Below, in pieces: positions 42,219 to 50,721 of a DNA stretch of 64,000 bases. The notes below the pieces were generated by a model. The model was not told where the DNA came from. It saw only the letters and a list, made by a program, of their open reading frames with translations, and did not search any database. The stretch spans positions 1,786 through 65,785 of the forward strand of contig SHVY01000007.1 of NCBI GenBank assembly GCA_009694045.1, given 5' to 3'. Numbering within the stretch: position 1 is the stretch's first letter; each line of letters opens with the position of its first letter. This DNA is from Alphaproteobacteria bacterium (GTDB taxonomy: Bacteria; Pseudomonadota; Alphaproteobacteria; SP197). The position numbers were made by a program, and so were the translations under genes.

Positions 42219-43192
42219 GCGGGCCGGACATCGACCGGCTGGCGCTGACCGACGCGGAGATCCTGGCCGCCGTCGGAGCGGGACTCGCGGCGCAGGGGCG
42301 GAAGGAGGCGGTGATCGAGCCGCGCATGCACCTGAAGCCGGACCCCGCGGTCGACGGGCACTTCAACGTGCTGCGCGGTGTGGTCCGGCAGCTCTCGCTC
42401 GCCGGCGTCAAGGTGGTGGGCGACTTCCACGGCAACTATCGCCTCGGGTTGCCGTCCGAGATGGGACTGATCGCCCTGTTCGACGCCGGCACCGGCACGC
42501 CCCGCGCGGTCGTGGACGCGACCGCGATCACCGCCATGCGGACCGGAGCCGTCACCGCCATCGGGGCGAGGCACCTCGCGCGCAAGGACTCGCGGACGCT
42601 CGGTCACATCGGCGCCCGCGGCAGCGCCTACTGGAACGTGCGGCTGATTGCCACGCTGTTCGACCTGGCCGAGATCCGCGTCCACTCGGCGCGGCCCGAG
42701 AGCCGGCGGGCGTTCGCCGATCGGCTCGCGCGCGACCTCGGCCAGCCGGTGGTCGTGACCGATGACTGGCGAAGCTGTCTCGAAGGCGCCGACATCATGG
42801 TCGAAGCCGCGCGACTCAGCGAACCCGAGCCCCTGTTCAAGACCGCCTGGGTGAAGCGGGGCGCGCTGGTGATCCCCTACGGCACCAAGAGCGCCGTCGA
42901 GCTCAGCCTCACCGACGTGATGGACAAGGTCGTGGTCGATGACTGGGGCCAGGCGGGCATCGGTCCGCTGGGCGCGCTCCGCCGCCACATCGACAGCGGC
43001 CGCGTGACCCGTGACTCCCTGCACGCCGAACCCTGCGACATCGTGATCGGCGCGAAGCCTGGGCGCGAGCGCGACGACGAGACGATCCTCTTCTGGCACC
43101 GCGGCCTGTCACTCTCCGACATCGCCCTCGCCCACGCCATGCTGGAGAAGGCGGCGAAACTCGGTATCGGCCACACGCTGCCGTACACGTGA
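42191..43192 (+). CDS. Ornithine cyclodeaminase/mu-crystallin family protein
   Basis: GVKVV, ITAMRTGAVTA, GARG.A Rossmann motif, GRE...E.ILF. Confidence 0.9.
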   Translation: MATIAITYLSGPDIDRLALTDAEILAAVGAGLAAQGRKEAVIEPRMHLKPDPAVDGHFNVLRGVVRQLSLAGVKVVGDFHGNYRLGLPSEMGLIALFDAGTGTPRAVVDATAITAMRTGAVTAIGARHLARKDSRTLGHIGARGSAYWNVRLIATLFDLAEIRVHSARPESRRAFADRLARDLGQPVVVTDDWRSCLEGADIMVEAARLSEPEPLFKTAWVKRGALVIPYGTKSAVELSLTDVMDKVVVDDWGQAGIGPLGALRRHIDSGRVTRDSLHAEPCDIVIGAKPGRERDDETILFWHRGLSLSDIALAHAMLEKAAKLGIGHTLPYT

Positions 43193-43306
43193 CGATGGCG
43201 CCGTTACGCCACCGCGCGGGACGTGAGGATGGGCGCGATCTCGGCGGCGAAGCGGCGTTTCGCGTGCCAGAGATCGTGGGCCACTTGCATCGAGATGACG
43301 AAAAAA

Positions 43307-43335
43307 GTAGGGGCGGGTCTGCGACCCGCCCCTAC
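43307..43335. repeat. GTAG-family REP palindrome, copy 1
   Basis: GTAGGGGCGGGTC-TGC-GACCCGCCCCTAC perfect inverted repeat; second copy at 50670. Confidence 0.85.
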
Positions 43336-43360
43336 GGTTGATCGAAGGGCAACGGCTGGA

Positions 43361-44755
43361 CTACGCCGGGACGCGGAGCTTTTCCTTCTCGACCCAGGCT
43401 TGGGTGTCGTCGATGGCGCGGGTGGCGGCGTCGAAGATGGCGTCGACCTCGGCCTCGGTGACAATCAGGGGCGGGCAGAAGGCGAGGGCGTCGCCGGAGA
43501 GCGGGCGGATCAAGAGGCCGTGCTCGGCCGCGCGTTCGGTCGCGTAGGCACCGACCTTCTTGGCCACCTCGAAGTTGCGCTTGGTCGCCTTGTCGGCTAC
43601 CAGCTCGAGCGCGCCGATCAGGCCGACGCCCCGCGCCTCGCCCACCAGCGGGTGGCTGGCGAGCCCGTTGAGCCGCGCCATGAAGCGCTTGGACACCTTC
43701 TTCACGTGGCCCACCATGTCGCGCTCCTCGTAGATCTTGAGGGTTTCCAGCGCGACGGCGGCGCACACCGGATGGCCCTGGTAGGTGTAGCCGGTGCCGA
43801 ATACCCCGAGTTCGCCGGAGAGCTTCTTCACCTGCTGGTAGACCTTGTCGTTGATGAGGACCGCCGAGATCGGCAGGTACGATGACGAGAGCTGCTTGGC
43901 GCAGGTCATCATGTCCGGCGTCAGGTTGAACGTCTCGGTGCCGAACATGTTGCCGGTGCGCCCGAAACCGCAGATGACCTCGTCGGCGATGAACAGCACG
44001 TCGTGCCGGCGCAGGACCTCCTGGATCTTGGCGAAGTAGGTCTTCGGCGGGACGATCACCCCGCCGGCACCCATCACCGGCTCGGCGATGAAGGCCGCGA
44101 CCGTCTCGGGGCCTTCGCGCTGGATCAGGGCTTCGAGGTTGTCGGCCATGCGGGTGGCGAAGGCTTCCTCGCTCTCGCCGTCGGTGCCGAAGCGATAGAA
44201 GTGCGGGCAGTCGGTGTGCAGGATGTTGGCGATCGGCAGGTCGAAGCCCGACTGCGCGTAAGGCAGGCCGGTCAGGCTGCCGGAGGCCACGGTGACGCCG
44301 TGGTAGCCCTTGATGCGGGCGATGATCTTCTTCTTGCGCGGCCGGCCCATGGCGTTGTTGAAGTACCAGACCAGCTTAACGACCGTGTCGTTGCCTTCGG
44401 AACCGGAGTTGCCGAAGAACACCTTCGACATCGGCACCGGCGCCATCTTGATCAGGCGTTCGGCCAGGTCGATCACCGGGTTGGTCGAGCGGTGCGCGAA
44501 GTTGTGGTAGTAAGGCATCTTGCGCATCTGCTCGGCGGCGGCCTGAACCAGCCGCTCCTCGCTGTATCCCAGCGCCGTGCACCACAGACCCGCCAGCCCT
44601 TCGATGTAGCGCTTGCCCTCCGTGTCGGTGACGTAGATGCCCTCGCCCTTCTCGATGATGTGCGGCCCCTTGGTCTCGTGCAGGGCGGCGTTGGTATAGG
44701 GGTGCAGAACGTAGGCGACGTCGCGGGCGTGGGGCGAATTCGGGGCGATCGGCAT
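43361..44755 (-). CDS. Class III (omega-amine:pyruvate type) aminotransferase
   Basis: GLAGLWC, NSGSE.ND, FIAEPVMGAGGV, DEVICGFGRTG, AKQLSS. Confidence 0.95.
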   Translation of the reverse strand: MPIAPNSPHARDVAYVLHPYTNAALHETKGPHIIEKGEGIYVTDTEGKRYIEGLAGLWCTALGYSEERLVQAAAEQMRKMPYYHNFAHRSTNPVIDLAERLIKMAPVPMSKVFFGNSGSEGNDTVVKLVWYFNNAMGRPRKKKIIARIKGYHGVTVASGSLTGLPYAQSGFDLPIANILHTDCPHFYRFGTDGESEEAFATRMADNLEALIQREGPETVAAFIAEPVMGAGGVIVPPKTYFAKIQEVLRRHDVLFIADEVICGFGRTGNMFGTETFNLTPDMMTCAKQLSSSYLPISAVLINDKVYQQVKKLSGELGVFGTGYTYQGHPVCAAVALETLKIYEERDMVGHVKKVSKRFMARLNGLASHPLVGEARGVGLIGALELVADKATKRNFEVAKKVGAYATERAAEHGLLIRPLSGDALAFCPPLIVTEAEVDAIFDAATRAIDDTQAWVEKEKLRVPA

Positions 44756-44838
44756 GGGGGGATCCTCGGACAGCGGATTGGGAAGGCGTGGATTAGACAG
44801 ACGGCGCCGCCCTTTTGCAACGGGGACGTGGCGGGTCG

Positions 44839-45054
44839 TCAGTCCCCTTCGCCCGCTACGGCGGCCCGCCACAGCACATCAAGCGTTCGCTCGATCGCCG
44901 CCAAACTGCATCCGAGGTCGGCATGGGCTTGCCGAAGGGCGCCGGCTTCGGAGGTCAGGGCCGCATGGCAGGCAATCAGCGTCCGCTGGATTTGCCCGTC
45001 GCCGCGCTCGGCGAGGGGGATGGGCCCGTCGTAGCGTCCTTCCAGTGCGTTCAT
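44839..45054 (-). CDS. Hypothetical 71-aa helical protein downstream of the repressor
   Basis: GGAGA RBS upstream of the ATG; own operator-like site at 45071-45084. Confidence 0.55.
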   Translation of the reverse strand: MNALEGRYDGPIPLAERGDGQIQRTLIACHAALTSEAGALRQAHADLGCSLAAIERTLDVLWRAAVAGEGD

Positions 45055-45070
45055 GGCTGGTCTCCAATTA

Positions 45071-45084
45071 TAGGATAATTCCCA
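45071..45084. promoter_or_regulatory. Putative repressor operator (GGA-N4-TCC), site 1
   Basis: TAGGATAATTCCCA, near-identical to AAGGATTTTTCCCA at 45790-45803. Confidence 0.55.
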
Positions 45085-45114
45085 TGATCGGAGCGAAGCG
45101 CGACGGTTGCAAGG

Positions 45115-45753
45115 TCAGGCGACGCGGCGACCCAGCCAAATGACCCGCCCGGCCACGTCCACCTCGTCCGGCCGCACCGGGGAAAGCTTCGGGTAGTTGG
45201 GATTATCGCAGGCAATCGTCACCAGCCAGCGCACCGGATCGATCAACAAGCGCTTGACCAGCACGTAGTCGCCGAAACGGACGACGTAGATCCCATCGCT
45301 GGCGCCTGCGCGCTGGGCTAGATCCACCAGGATCGTGTCGCCGTCGGCCAACGTCGGGTGCATGCTGTCCCCGCGCACGGTGATGACCGCGAGTTCGGCC
45401 GGGTTCGCCTGCGTGACGGTGCGCAGCCAATCGGCCCGGAAGGCCAGTTTCCCGGTCTCGTACTCGCGTTCGATGATGATGCCTTCGCCCGCCGCGGCCG
45501 CCACGTCGTACGTCGGCACCAAGATGAAATCGCCGTTGACGGCACCGCTTCCACCCAAGAGATCGGGCAGGGAACAGCCAAGGACCTTGGCCAGCTTCGC
45601 CACCGTGTCGGTGCGGGGATTGCGCGACTTGCCGATCAGGATATCGCGCACGGCCGTCTCGTTCAAACCGGCCTTCAGGGCCAGCGACTTCTGATTGAGC
45701 CCGGCCGCGACCAGACGGCGGGTCAATTCCTGTCCCAAGCGGGATGTTTCCAT
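45115..45753 (-). CDS. XRE HTH + S24 peptidase (CI/LexA-like) repressor
   Basis: HTH GLNQKSLALKAGLNETAVRDILIGKSRNP; catalytic motifs VRGDSMHPT and LVKRL; GRVIW. Confidence 0.92.
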   Translation of the reverse strand: METSRLGQELTRRLVAAGLNQKSLALKAGLNETAVRDILIGKSRNPRTDTVAKLAKVLGCSLPDLLGGSGAVNGDFILVPTYDVAAAAGEGIIIEREYETGKLAFRADWLRTVTQANPAELAVITVRGDSMHPTLADGDTILVDLAQRAGASDGIYVVRFGDYVLVKRLLIDPVRWLVTIACDNPNYPKLSPVRPDEVDVAGRVIWLGRRVA

Positions 45754-45789
45754 GGCTTGATCCTTGCACAAGTTTAATCCCACCGCATT

Positions 45790-45803
45790 AAGGATTTTTC
45801 CCA
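45790..45803. promoter_or_regulatory. Putative repressor operator (GGA-N4-TCC), site 2
   Basis: AAGGATTTTTCCCA in the AT-rich divergent promoter region. Confidence 0.55.
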
Positions 45804-45845
45804 TTAACAGACACTCCTCCGGTTTGTCACCTTGTCGTAGATCGA

Positions 45846-45860
45846 GAACAAAAAAGGAAC
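45846..45860 (+). promoter_or_regulatory. Alphaproteobacterial LexA (SOS) box
   Basis: GAAC-AAAAAAG-GAAC equals GAAC-N7-GAAC, overlapping the RBS 4 nt before the ATG at 45865. Confidence 0.75.
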
Positions 45861-45864
45861 AATC

Positions 45865-46179
45865 ATGGATGAGCGGGCGCCGGAAGTGTGGGGCCATGAG
45901 CGTGTGACGCAACTCGTCGACCTGTGGAACGCGGGTCGCGCGGCCCGGGTGATCGCCGGCCTGATGGGAACGAGCCGGGACGCGGTCGAGAGCAAGCTTG
46001 CCAAGTTGCGCCGAGCGGGCAGGCCCTTGGCCCGCCGCCGCGCGGCCCGCGGCACGCCCAAGGTCGAGACTTTGCGCCGCTGCCTACATTGCAACCAGGA
46101 CTTCGCCAGTCAGCACATCTGTAACCGTTTGTGCCCGACCTGCCTGGAGGAAGGGCCCTTCACCAGCGCCATGGTCTGA
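45865..46179 (+). CDS. GcrA-like HTH protein with C-terminal CxxC...CxxC zinc ribbon
   Basis: W..ERV.QL..LW..G.....IA..MG.SRDAV..K resembles the GcrA N-terminus; RRCLHC...F.S....NRLCPTC. Confidence 0.75.
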   Translation: MDERAPEVWGHERVTQLVDLWNAGRAARVIAGLMGTSRDAVESKLAKLRRAGRPLARRRAARGTPKVETLRRCLHCNQDFASQHICNRLCPTCLEEGPFTSAMV

Positions 46180-46181
46180 GC

Positions 46182-46564
46182 ATGACCCGAGGATTTGGTC
46201 CGCGCCGGGGCCTGGCTCGAGGAAGCGGTGGATACCCTGCGACGCCTTCCGCCGGCCTTGATCAGGCCGCGCCTGACCCATTGGCCCAACCTGGTGCTCG
46301 CGAGCCACGAAGCCTATGGCTATGCCATGACCCGGCACCGTCCGGCCCCGGCGGCGCCCGCCGCCATCGACCGGCTCGACGCGACGCTGGTTGCGCTCCG
46401 TCGGGTCGGGCTCGAGGACCAACGCTTGCTGTGGAGCCGGGCGAATGGCGCCTCCTGGCGGCGGATCGCGGCCTTCGTGGGCCTAGCCCCCCAACACCTG
46501 CCGGACCCGTTGGCTCGTGGCTCTCGGCCGCTACGCCGCGGTGATGAAGCGGTCGGGGCGGTAG
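46182..46564 (+). CDS. DUF6362-like protein (phage late regulator, sigma-region-4-like HTH); two apparent +1 C insertions
   Basis: Reconstructed MTEDLVRAGAWLEEAVDTLRRLP...WP...AIDRLD..L....QRLLWSRANGASWRRIAAFVGLAPNTCRTRWLVAL...*; this needs one C removed near 46187 and one near 46490. Confidence 0.65.
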
Positions 46565-47679
46565 GGTGCCAGCAATGGCGAGGGTGGCTCTCCGGTGAGT
46601 TCGATGGCGACGAGATCGCCGAGGAGGGGTGCCAGCGTCACGCCGCTGTGGGTGACGACGACATGGAGCCGATCGGCGCCCGGCACCGCGCCGGCGATCG
46701 AGACGCCATCGCCGGGGATGGCACGAACGCCGACCCGCCAGGAGCAAGCGGCGGCGAGCCCGGGTGCCGCGAGATCGGGATAGAGCCCCGCCGCCTCTCC
46801 GATCAGGCCGGCCACGGCCGCCGTCGCATCGGGCTGGCCACGGCGGGTCGTGATCGCCGCGACGGCCGTGTCGGAGCCGAACCGGAACCCGCCGCCGGGC
46901 ATGGGCCGCACGTGCAGGCCCGAAGGCCCCGGCGGAACCAGATGGACCCTGAGCGCGGCGGCGACGCCCTGGGCCGGCGTGTCGACCAGCAGACAAGGAT
47001 CGCGCCGAACCGGAACCATCCGGGCGATCTCGGGCCCGGCGGCCAGGGCCACGAGCTCCTGCGTCGCGAGGCCGGCGGCGATGACGAGGCGATCGGCGGC
47101 GAAGGCGCCGCGATTGGTTTCGAGGGCGACCCCGCCGGACGAAAGGCGGATCGTGCCGACCCGCGTGTCCTCGCGTAGAACGCCTCCCCGAGCGCGGACG
47201 GCCGCGGCGAGACGGGCGACGGCGGCCGGCGCGTCCACCCAGCGATCGGCTCGCGCGCGGTAGCCCCAAGCCCCGTTGGCGAGCTTCGCGCCGGGCGCGA
47301 GATCGGCGATGGCGGCGGCATCGACCCGCGCCAGATCGTGGCCGAGGGCTTCGAGCCGGGCGACCTGGTCCTCGAGCGCGGGATCATCGCCATCGGCCCA
47401 GGCCACGGCGCCATCGCCACCATAGCCGATGGCCGCCGCCCCTAGCTCCTCGGCAAGCCCCACCCACGCGGCGACGCCGGCGGCGTTCAGCCGGTAGTAA
47501 ATCGGGTCATCGGACTTGGCCGTGGCGTTGATCCAGGCGATCGACGTGGACGTCACCCCGCCGCCCAGACGCCCCTGGTCGAGCATCACGACCCGCGCGC
47601 CCCGCCGCGTGAGGCCGTGGGCCAGGCAGGCCCCGATGATTCCGCCGCCAACGATGAGAACGTCCGCGGTCTGGACCAT
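46531..47679 (-). CDS. FAD-dependent oxidoreductase (DAO/glycine oxidase family)
   Basis: VGGGIIG, VIAAG, HSGVTLAP, PYRPDRF. Confidence 0.9.
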   Translation of the reverse strand: MVQTADVLIVGGGIIGACLAHGLTRRGARVVMLDQGRLGGGVTSTSIAWINATAKSDDPIYYRLNAAGVAAWVGLAEELGAAAIGYGGDGAVAWADGDDPALEDQVARLEALGHDLARVDAAAIADLAPGAKLANGAWGYRARADRWVDAPAAVARLAAAVRARGGVLREDTRVGTIRLSSGGVALETNRGAFAADRLVIAAGLATQELVALAAGPEIARMVPVRRDPCLLVDTPAQGVAAALRVHLVPPGPSGLHVRPMPGGGFRFGSDTAVAAITTRRGQPDATAAVAGLIGEAAGLYPDLAAPGLAAACSWRVGVRAIPGDGVSIAGAVPGADRLHVVVTHSGVTLAPLLGDLVAIELTGEPPSPLLAPYRPDRFITAA

Positions 47680-47708
47680 GACCCGCCACTCCTATGCGGT
47701 CGCGGAGG

Positions 47709-48608
47709 TCATGGCATGCAGCACGTCTTGAACTTCTTGCCGGAGCCGCATGGGCAGGGATCATTGCGGCCGACGCTGCGATAAGGATTGACGTAGGGCC
47801 CGTCGAGCAGACGGGCCGGATCGGCTTGCTGGTCGCGGTCGCGCTGCTGGTCGCGTTCGTAGGCTTCGGAGAACCCGTACCAGGTCGAGAGCTCCTCGGC
47901 CGAATCGCCCCACGGCGTGAACTTGCCGTCATTGTCCGGCCAGGGGTTCTTCGGATCGCGCACGGCACGTTCGAGGTCCCTCTCGAAATACTTGAAGGCG
48001 AGCCACCGCGGATCGATCGATTCGCGCTCGAACGCCTGCTTCACCAGCGGCACCAGTTCCGTGGCGCCGAGCATGGCGATCGTGCTCTGCCAGCCGTGCC
48101 AGACGTAATTGCCATCCTCGGCGGCCGGGTCGGCGAAGCGATCGCGCAGGAAGGCGTCGACGGGTTCGCGGTCGAGCCGGCCCGCCACGACGAGCATGGC
48201 CAGCGCCTCGCACATGCGCGAGCGCACGAACTCGTCCGCGTCCGCGTCCGTGATGATGTCGAAGATCGGCCGCGGGTCCCCATCGAAGACCGCCACCACC
48301 ACCCGGTGCGAGGTTTCGATCAGGGCATCGCCGAAGATCGCGTCGAGCGCCGCCTCATTGGCGTGCAGAAGCCGTGCGATCGGACGATAGGCCGCTTCCT
48401 CGCGCCATTCGCCCAGCAGGTGAAAGGCGTAAAACATAGCGTCGGTCCAATCCCGGTCCCGATCCGATTCCTCGCCGGCGAGCCACGCCTTGATCATGGC
48501 GACGAACCGCGGCGCGAGCTCGGCGCGAGCTTCACTGGCCCGTCGCAGCGCGTCGCGCGGCAAACCCTTCGCGGTGGTGATATCCCGGATCGCCTCCGCT
48601 ACATCCAT
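47709..48608 (-). CDS. DUF1186 domain protein with C-terminal SEC-C motif
   Basis: LP..AL, FHLLGEWRE..AY, FGD.L.E; GRNDPCPCGSGKKFK.CC. Confidence 0.85.
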   Translation of the reverse strand: MDVAEAIRDITTAKGLPRDALRRASEARAELAPRFVAMIKAWLAGEESDRDRDWTDAMFYAFHLLGEWREEAAYRPIARLLHANEAALDAIFGDALIETSHRVVVAVFDGDPRPIFDIITDADADEFVRSRMCEALAMLVVAGRLDREPVDAFLRDRFADPAAEDGNYVWHGWQSTIAMLGATELVPLVKQAFERESIDPRWLAFKYFERDLERAVRDPKNPWPDNDGKFTPWGDSAEELSTWYGFSEAYERDQQRDRDQQADPARLLDGPYVNPYRSVGRNDPCPCGSGKKFKTCCMP

Positions 48609-48723
48609 CGCCGCCCTCCCACGTCGTTGGCCCCACCATGACTCGATTCGCCGGGTGGAGCCATGGCGTGCGCGGCCCGCTTCACGAGAGACTCGATCGT
48701 TCCGCGCGGGATAGGCTTCCGCG

Positions 48724-49626
48724 ATGAGCTACACGCTCAGACAACTGCGCTATTTCGTGGCGGCGGCGGAGGCTGGGGGCGCCACGGCGGCGGCGGCGGC
48801 CGTGCGCATCGCGCAGCCGTCGATCTCGGCGGCGATCGCCCAGCTCGAGGCCGAGCTTGGCGTGCAGCTCTTCGTCCGCCGCCACGCCCAGGGGTTGGCA
48901 CTCACCCCCGCCGGCCGGCGTCTGCTCGCCTCGGCCAAGGCCCTGCTCGCCCATGCCGACGAGCTGCGCCAGACGGCGCAGGGACTGGGCGAGGGACTGG
49001 CCGGCACCCTCGAGCTCGGCTGCTTCGTCACCTTCGCGCCGTTCGTGTTGCCCGGCCTGCTGCACGACTTCGCCGTGGCGCATCCCGAGATTCATGTGGC
49101 GCTACGCGAGGCCGACCTCGGAACCGCGATCGACGACCTACGCCAGGGCCGCAGCGAACTCGCGCTCACCTACGAGCTGGATCTCGGCTCCGGCATCACC
49201 TTCGAGTCCCTGACCGAGGTGCCCGTGCACGCGATCCTGCCGGCGAATCACCGGCTCGCCCGGCGGCGGACCGTGCCGTTGGCGGCGCTCGCGCCGGAGC
49301 CACTCGTGCTCCTCTCCCTGCCGCGCAGCCGCGAGTACTTCCTGTCGCTGTTCCTCACCCTCGGTCTTACGCCCACCATCGGCCACGAGACCCCGTCGTT
49401 CGAACTCCTGCGCGGGCTGGTGGCCAACGGATTCGGCTATGCCTTGATGCATTCGCGCCCACCGTTGGACGTGGCGCTCGACGGCAAGCGGCTCGCCCAC
49501 CGGCCGCTCGCCGACCCGCTTCGGGCGGAGCGGATGGGACTCGCACGCCTGGCACGATCGCGGCCGACCCGCATGGCGACGGCCTTCGCCGCCTTCTGTC
49601 GGGCGCACTACGCGGCCAGTTCTTGA
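48724..49626 (+). CDS. LysR family transcriptional regulator
   Basis: TLRQLRYF, AQPSIS.AI..LE..LGVQLF.R, LTPAG. Confidence 0.95.
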   Translation: MSYTLRQLRYFVAAAEAGGATAAAAAVRIAQPSISAAIAQLEAELGVQLFVRRHAQGLALTPAGRRLLASAKALLAHADELRQTAQGLGEGLAGTLELGCFVTFAPFVLPGLLHDFAVAHPEIHVALREADLGTAIDDLRQGRSELALTYELDLGSGITFESLTEVPVHAILPANHRLARRRTVPLAALAPEPLVLLSLPRSREYFLSLFLTLGLTPTIGHETPSFELLRGLVANGFGYALMHSRPPLDVALDGKRLAHRPLADPLRAERMGLARLARSRPTRMATAFAAFCRAHYAASS

Positions 49627-50651
49627 GAACCACCGTGTCGTCGGGGGCCCAGGTGGCCCACAGCACGTCGCCGTCGCGCGGGGCCGGATCGGGGCAGAGG
49701 GCGCGACGAACGGCCGACCGTCCCCGGTTTCGAGCAGCAGCCGGCGGGCGCCGCCCTGGAAGATCGGCCGGCGTGCCCGTAGGGCCAACGCGGCCCGCGG
49801 CGGCAGGCGGTCGGAGAGGACGACCCGCGACGGCGCGATGCCGAGGACGACCGGATTGCCCCTTTGCCCGGCGATGGCACAGATGAGACGCCCGAGGTCT
49901 GGCACCTCGACCTCGGACAAACCCGCGACGACGCCTTCGAGCAGGTTGAGGCGGCCGACGTAACGGGCCACGTGGCGCGAAGCCGGGCGCAGGCGCAGAT
50001 CCTCGGGGCCGCCGATCTGATGGACGTGGCCCGCGTCCAGCACCAGGGCGCGGTCCGCGGCCGCGAGGGAGGTATCCGGATCGTCGGTCGCCAGCACCAT
50101 GGTGAGCCCGGTCGCGCGCTGGATCGCGACGAAGCGGGCGAGCAGGGTGTCGTGGGCGGGGCCGACAAGGCCGGCAAGAGGATTGTCGAGCAGCAGCACC
50201 CGGGGCCTTCGCGCGAGCGCGCGGGCGAAGGCCAGCAGCCGGCGCTCCGCATCGCCGAGCACCTCGGGCCGCTGGATCGCGGCGCCGTCGAGACCGACCA
50301 GCGCGAGGGCACCCCGTACCAGTCCGCGCGTTTCGGAATCGGTCTTGCGGCCGAGGCCATAGGCCACGTTCTCGGCGGCCGTGAGATGGGGGAACAGGGC
50401 CTGGTTTTGAAACACCAGGCTGACGGGCCGCCGGCCGGCCGGCCGGCAAGATCGACGCCGTCGACCCGGATCACCCCGGCGGAGGGGGTCTCAAGCCCGG
50501 CGATCAGGCGCAGAAGGGTCGTCTTGCCCGAACCCGCCTGGCCGAGCACGACGAAGAGTTCGCCGGCGTCCACATCGAGGCTCAGGCCGGCAAGGCCCGC
50601 ACCCCTCGCGTAGACTTTCTCCAGTCCGCGAAGCGACAGGTTCGCGGTCAT
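49608..50651 (-). pseudogene. Degenerate, frameshifted PotA-like ABC ATPase
   Basis: Walker A GQAGSGKTT in one frame, continuing as FQNQALFPHLT in another (break near 50435). Signature is LGDAERR instead of LSGGQQQ and Walker B is LLLDNP. A further shift lies near 49690. Confidence 0.7.
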
Positions 50652-50669
50652 GGGCGACGTGCGATGCGG

Positions 50670-50698
50670 GTAGGGGCTGGTCTAAAACCCGCCCCTAC
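50670..50698. repeat. GTAG-family REP palindrome, copy 2
   Basis: GTAGGGGCTGGTCTAAAACCCGCCCCTAC. Confidence 0.75.
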
Positions 50699-50721
50699 CG
50701 GCTTCATCCATGGGGACGGAA

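Noticed and set aside
45774..45808. CtrA box in the repressor/GcrA-like promoter
   Set aside because: The TTAA half-sites are spaced 10 and 12 nt apart, not the TTAA-N7-TTAA consensus.
44839..46564. Intact prophage
   Set aside because: No integrase, terminase, capsid, tail or lysis genes in the window; only regulatory genes.
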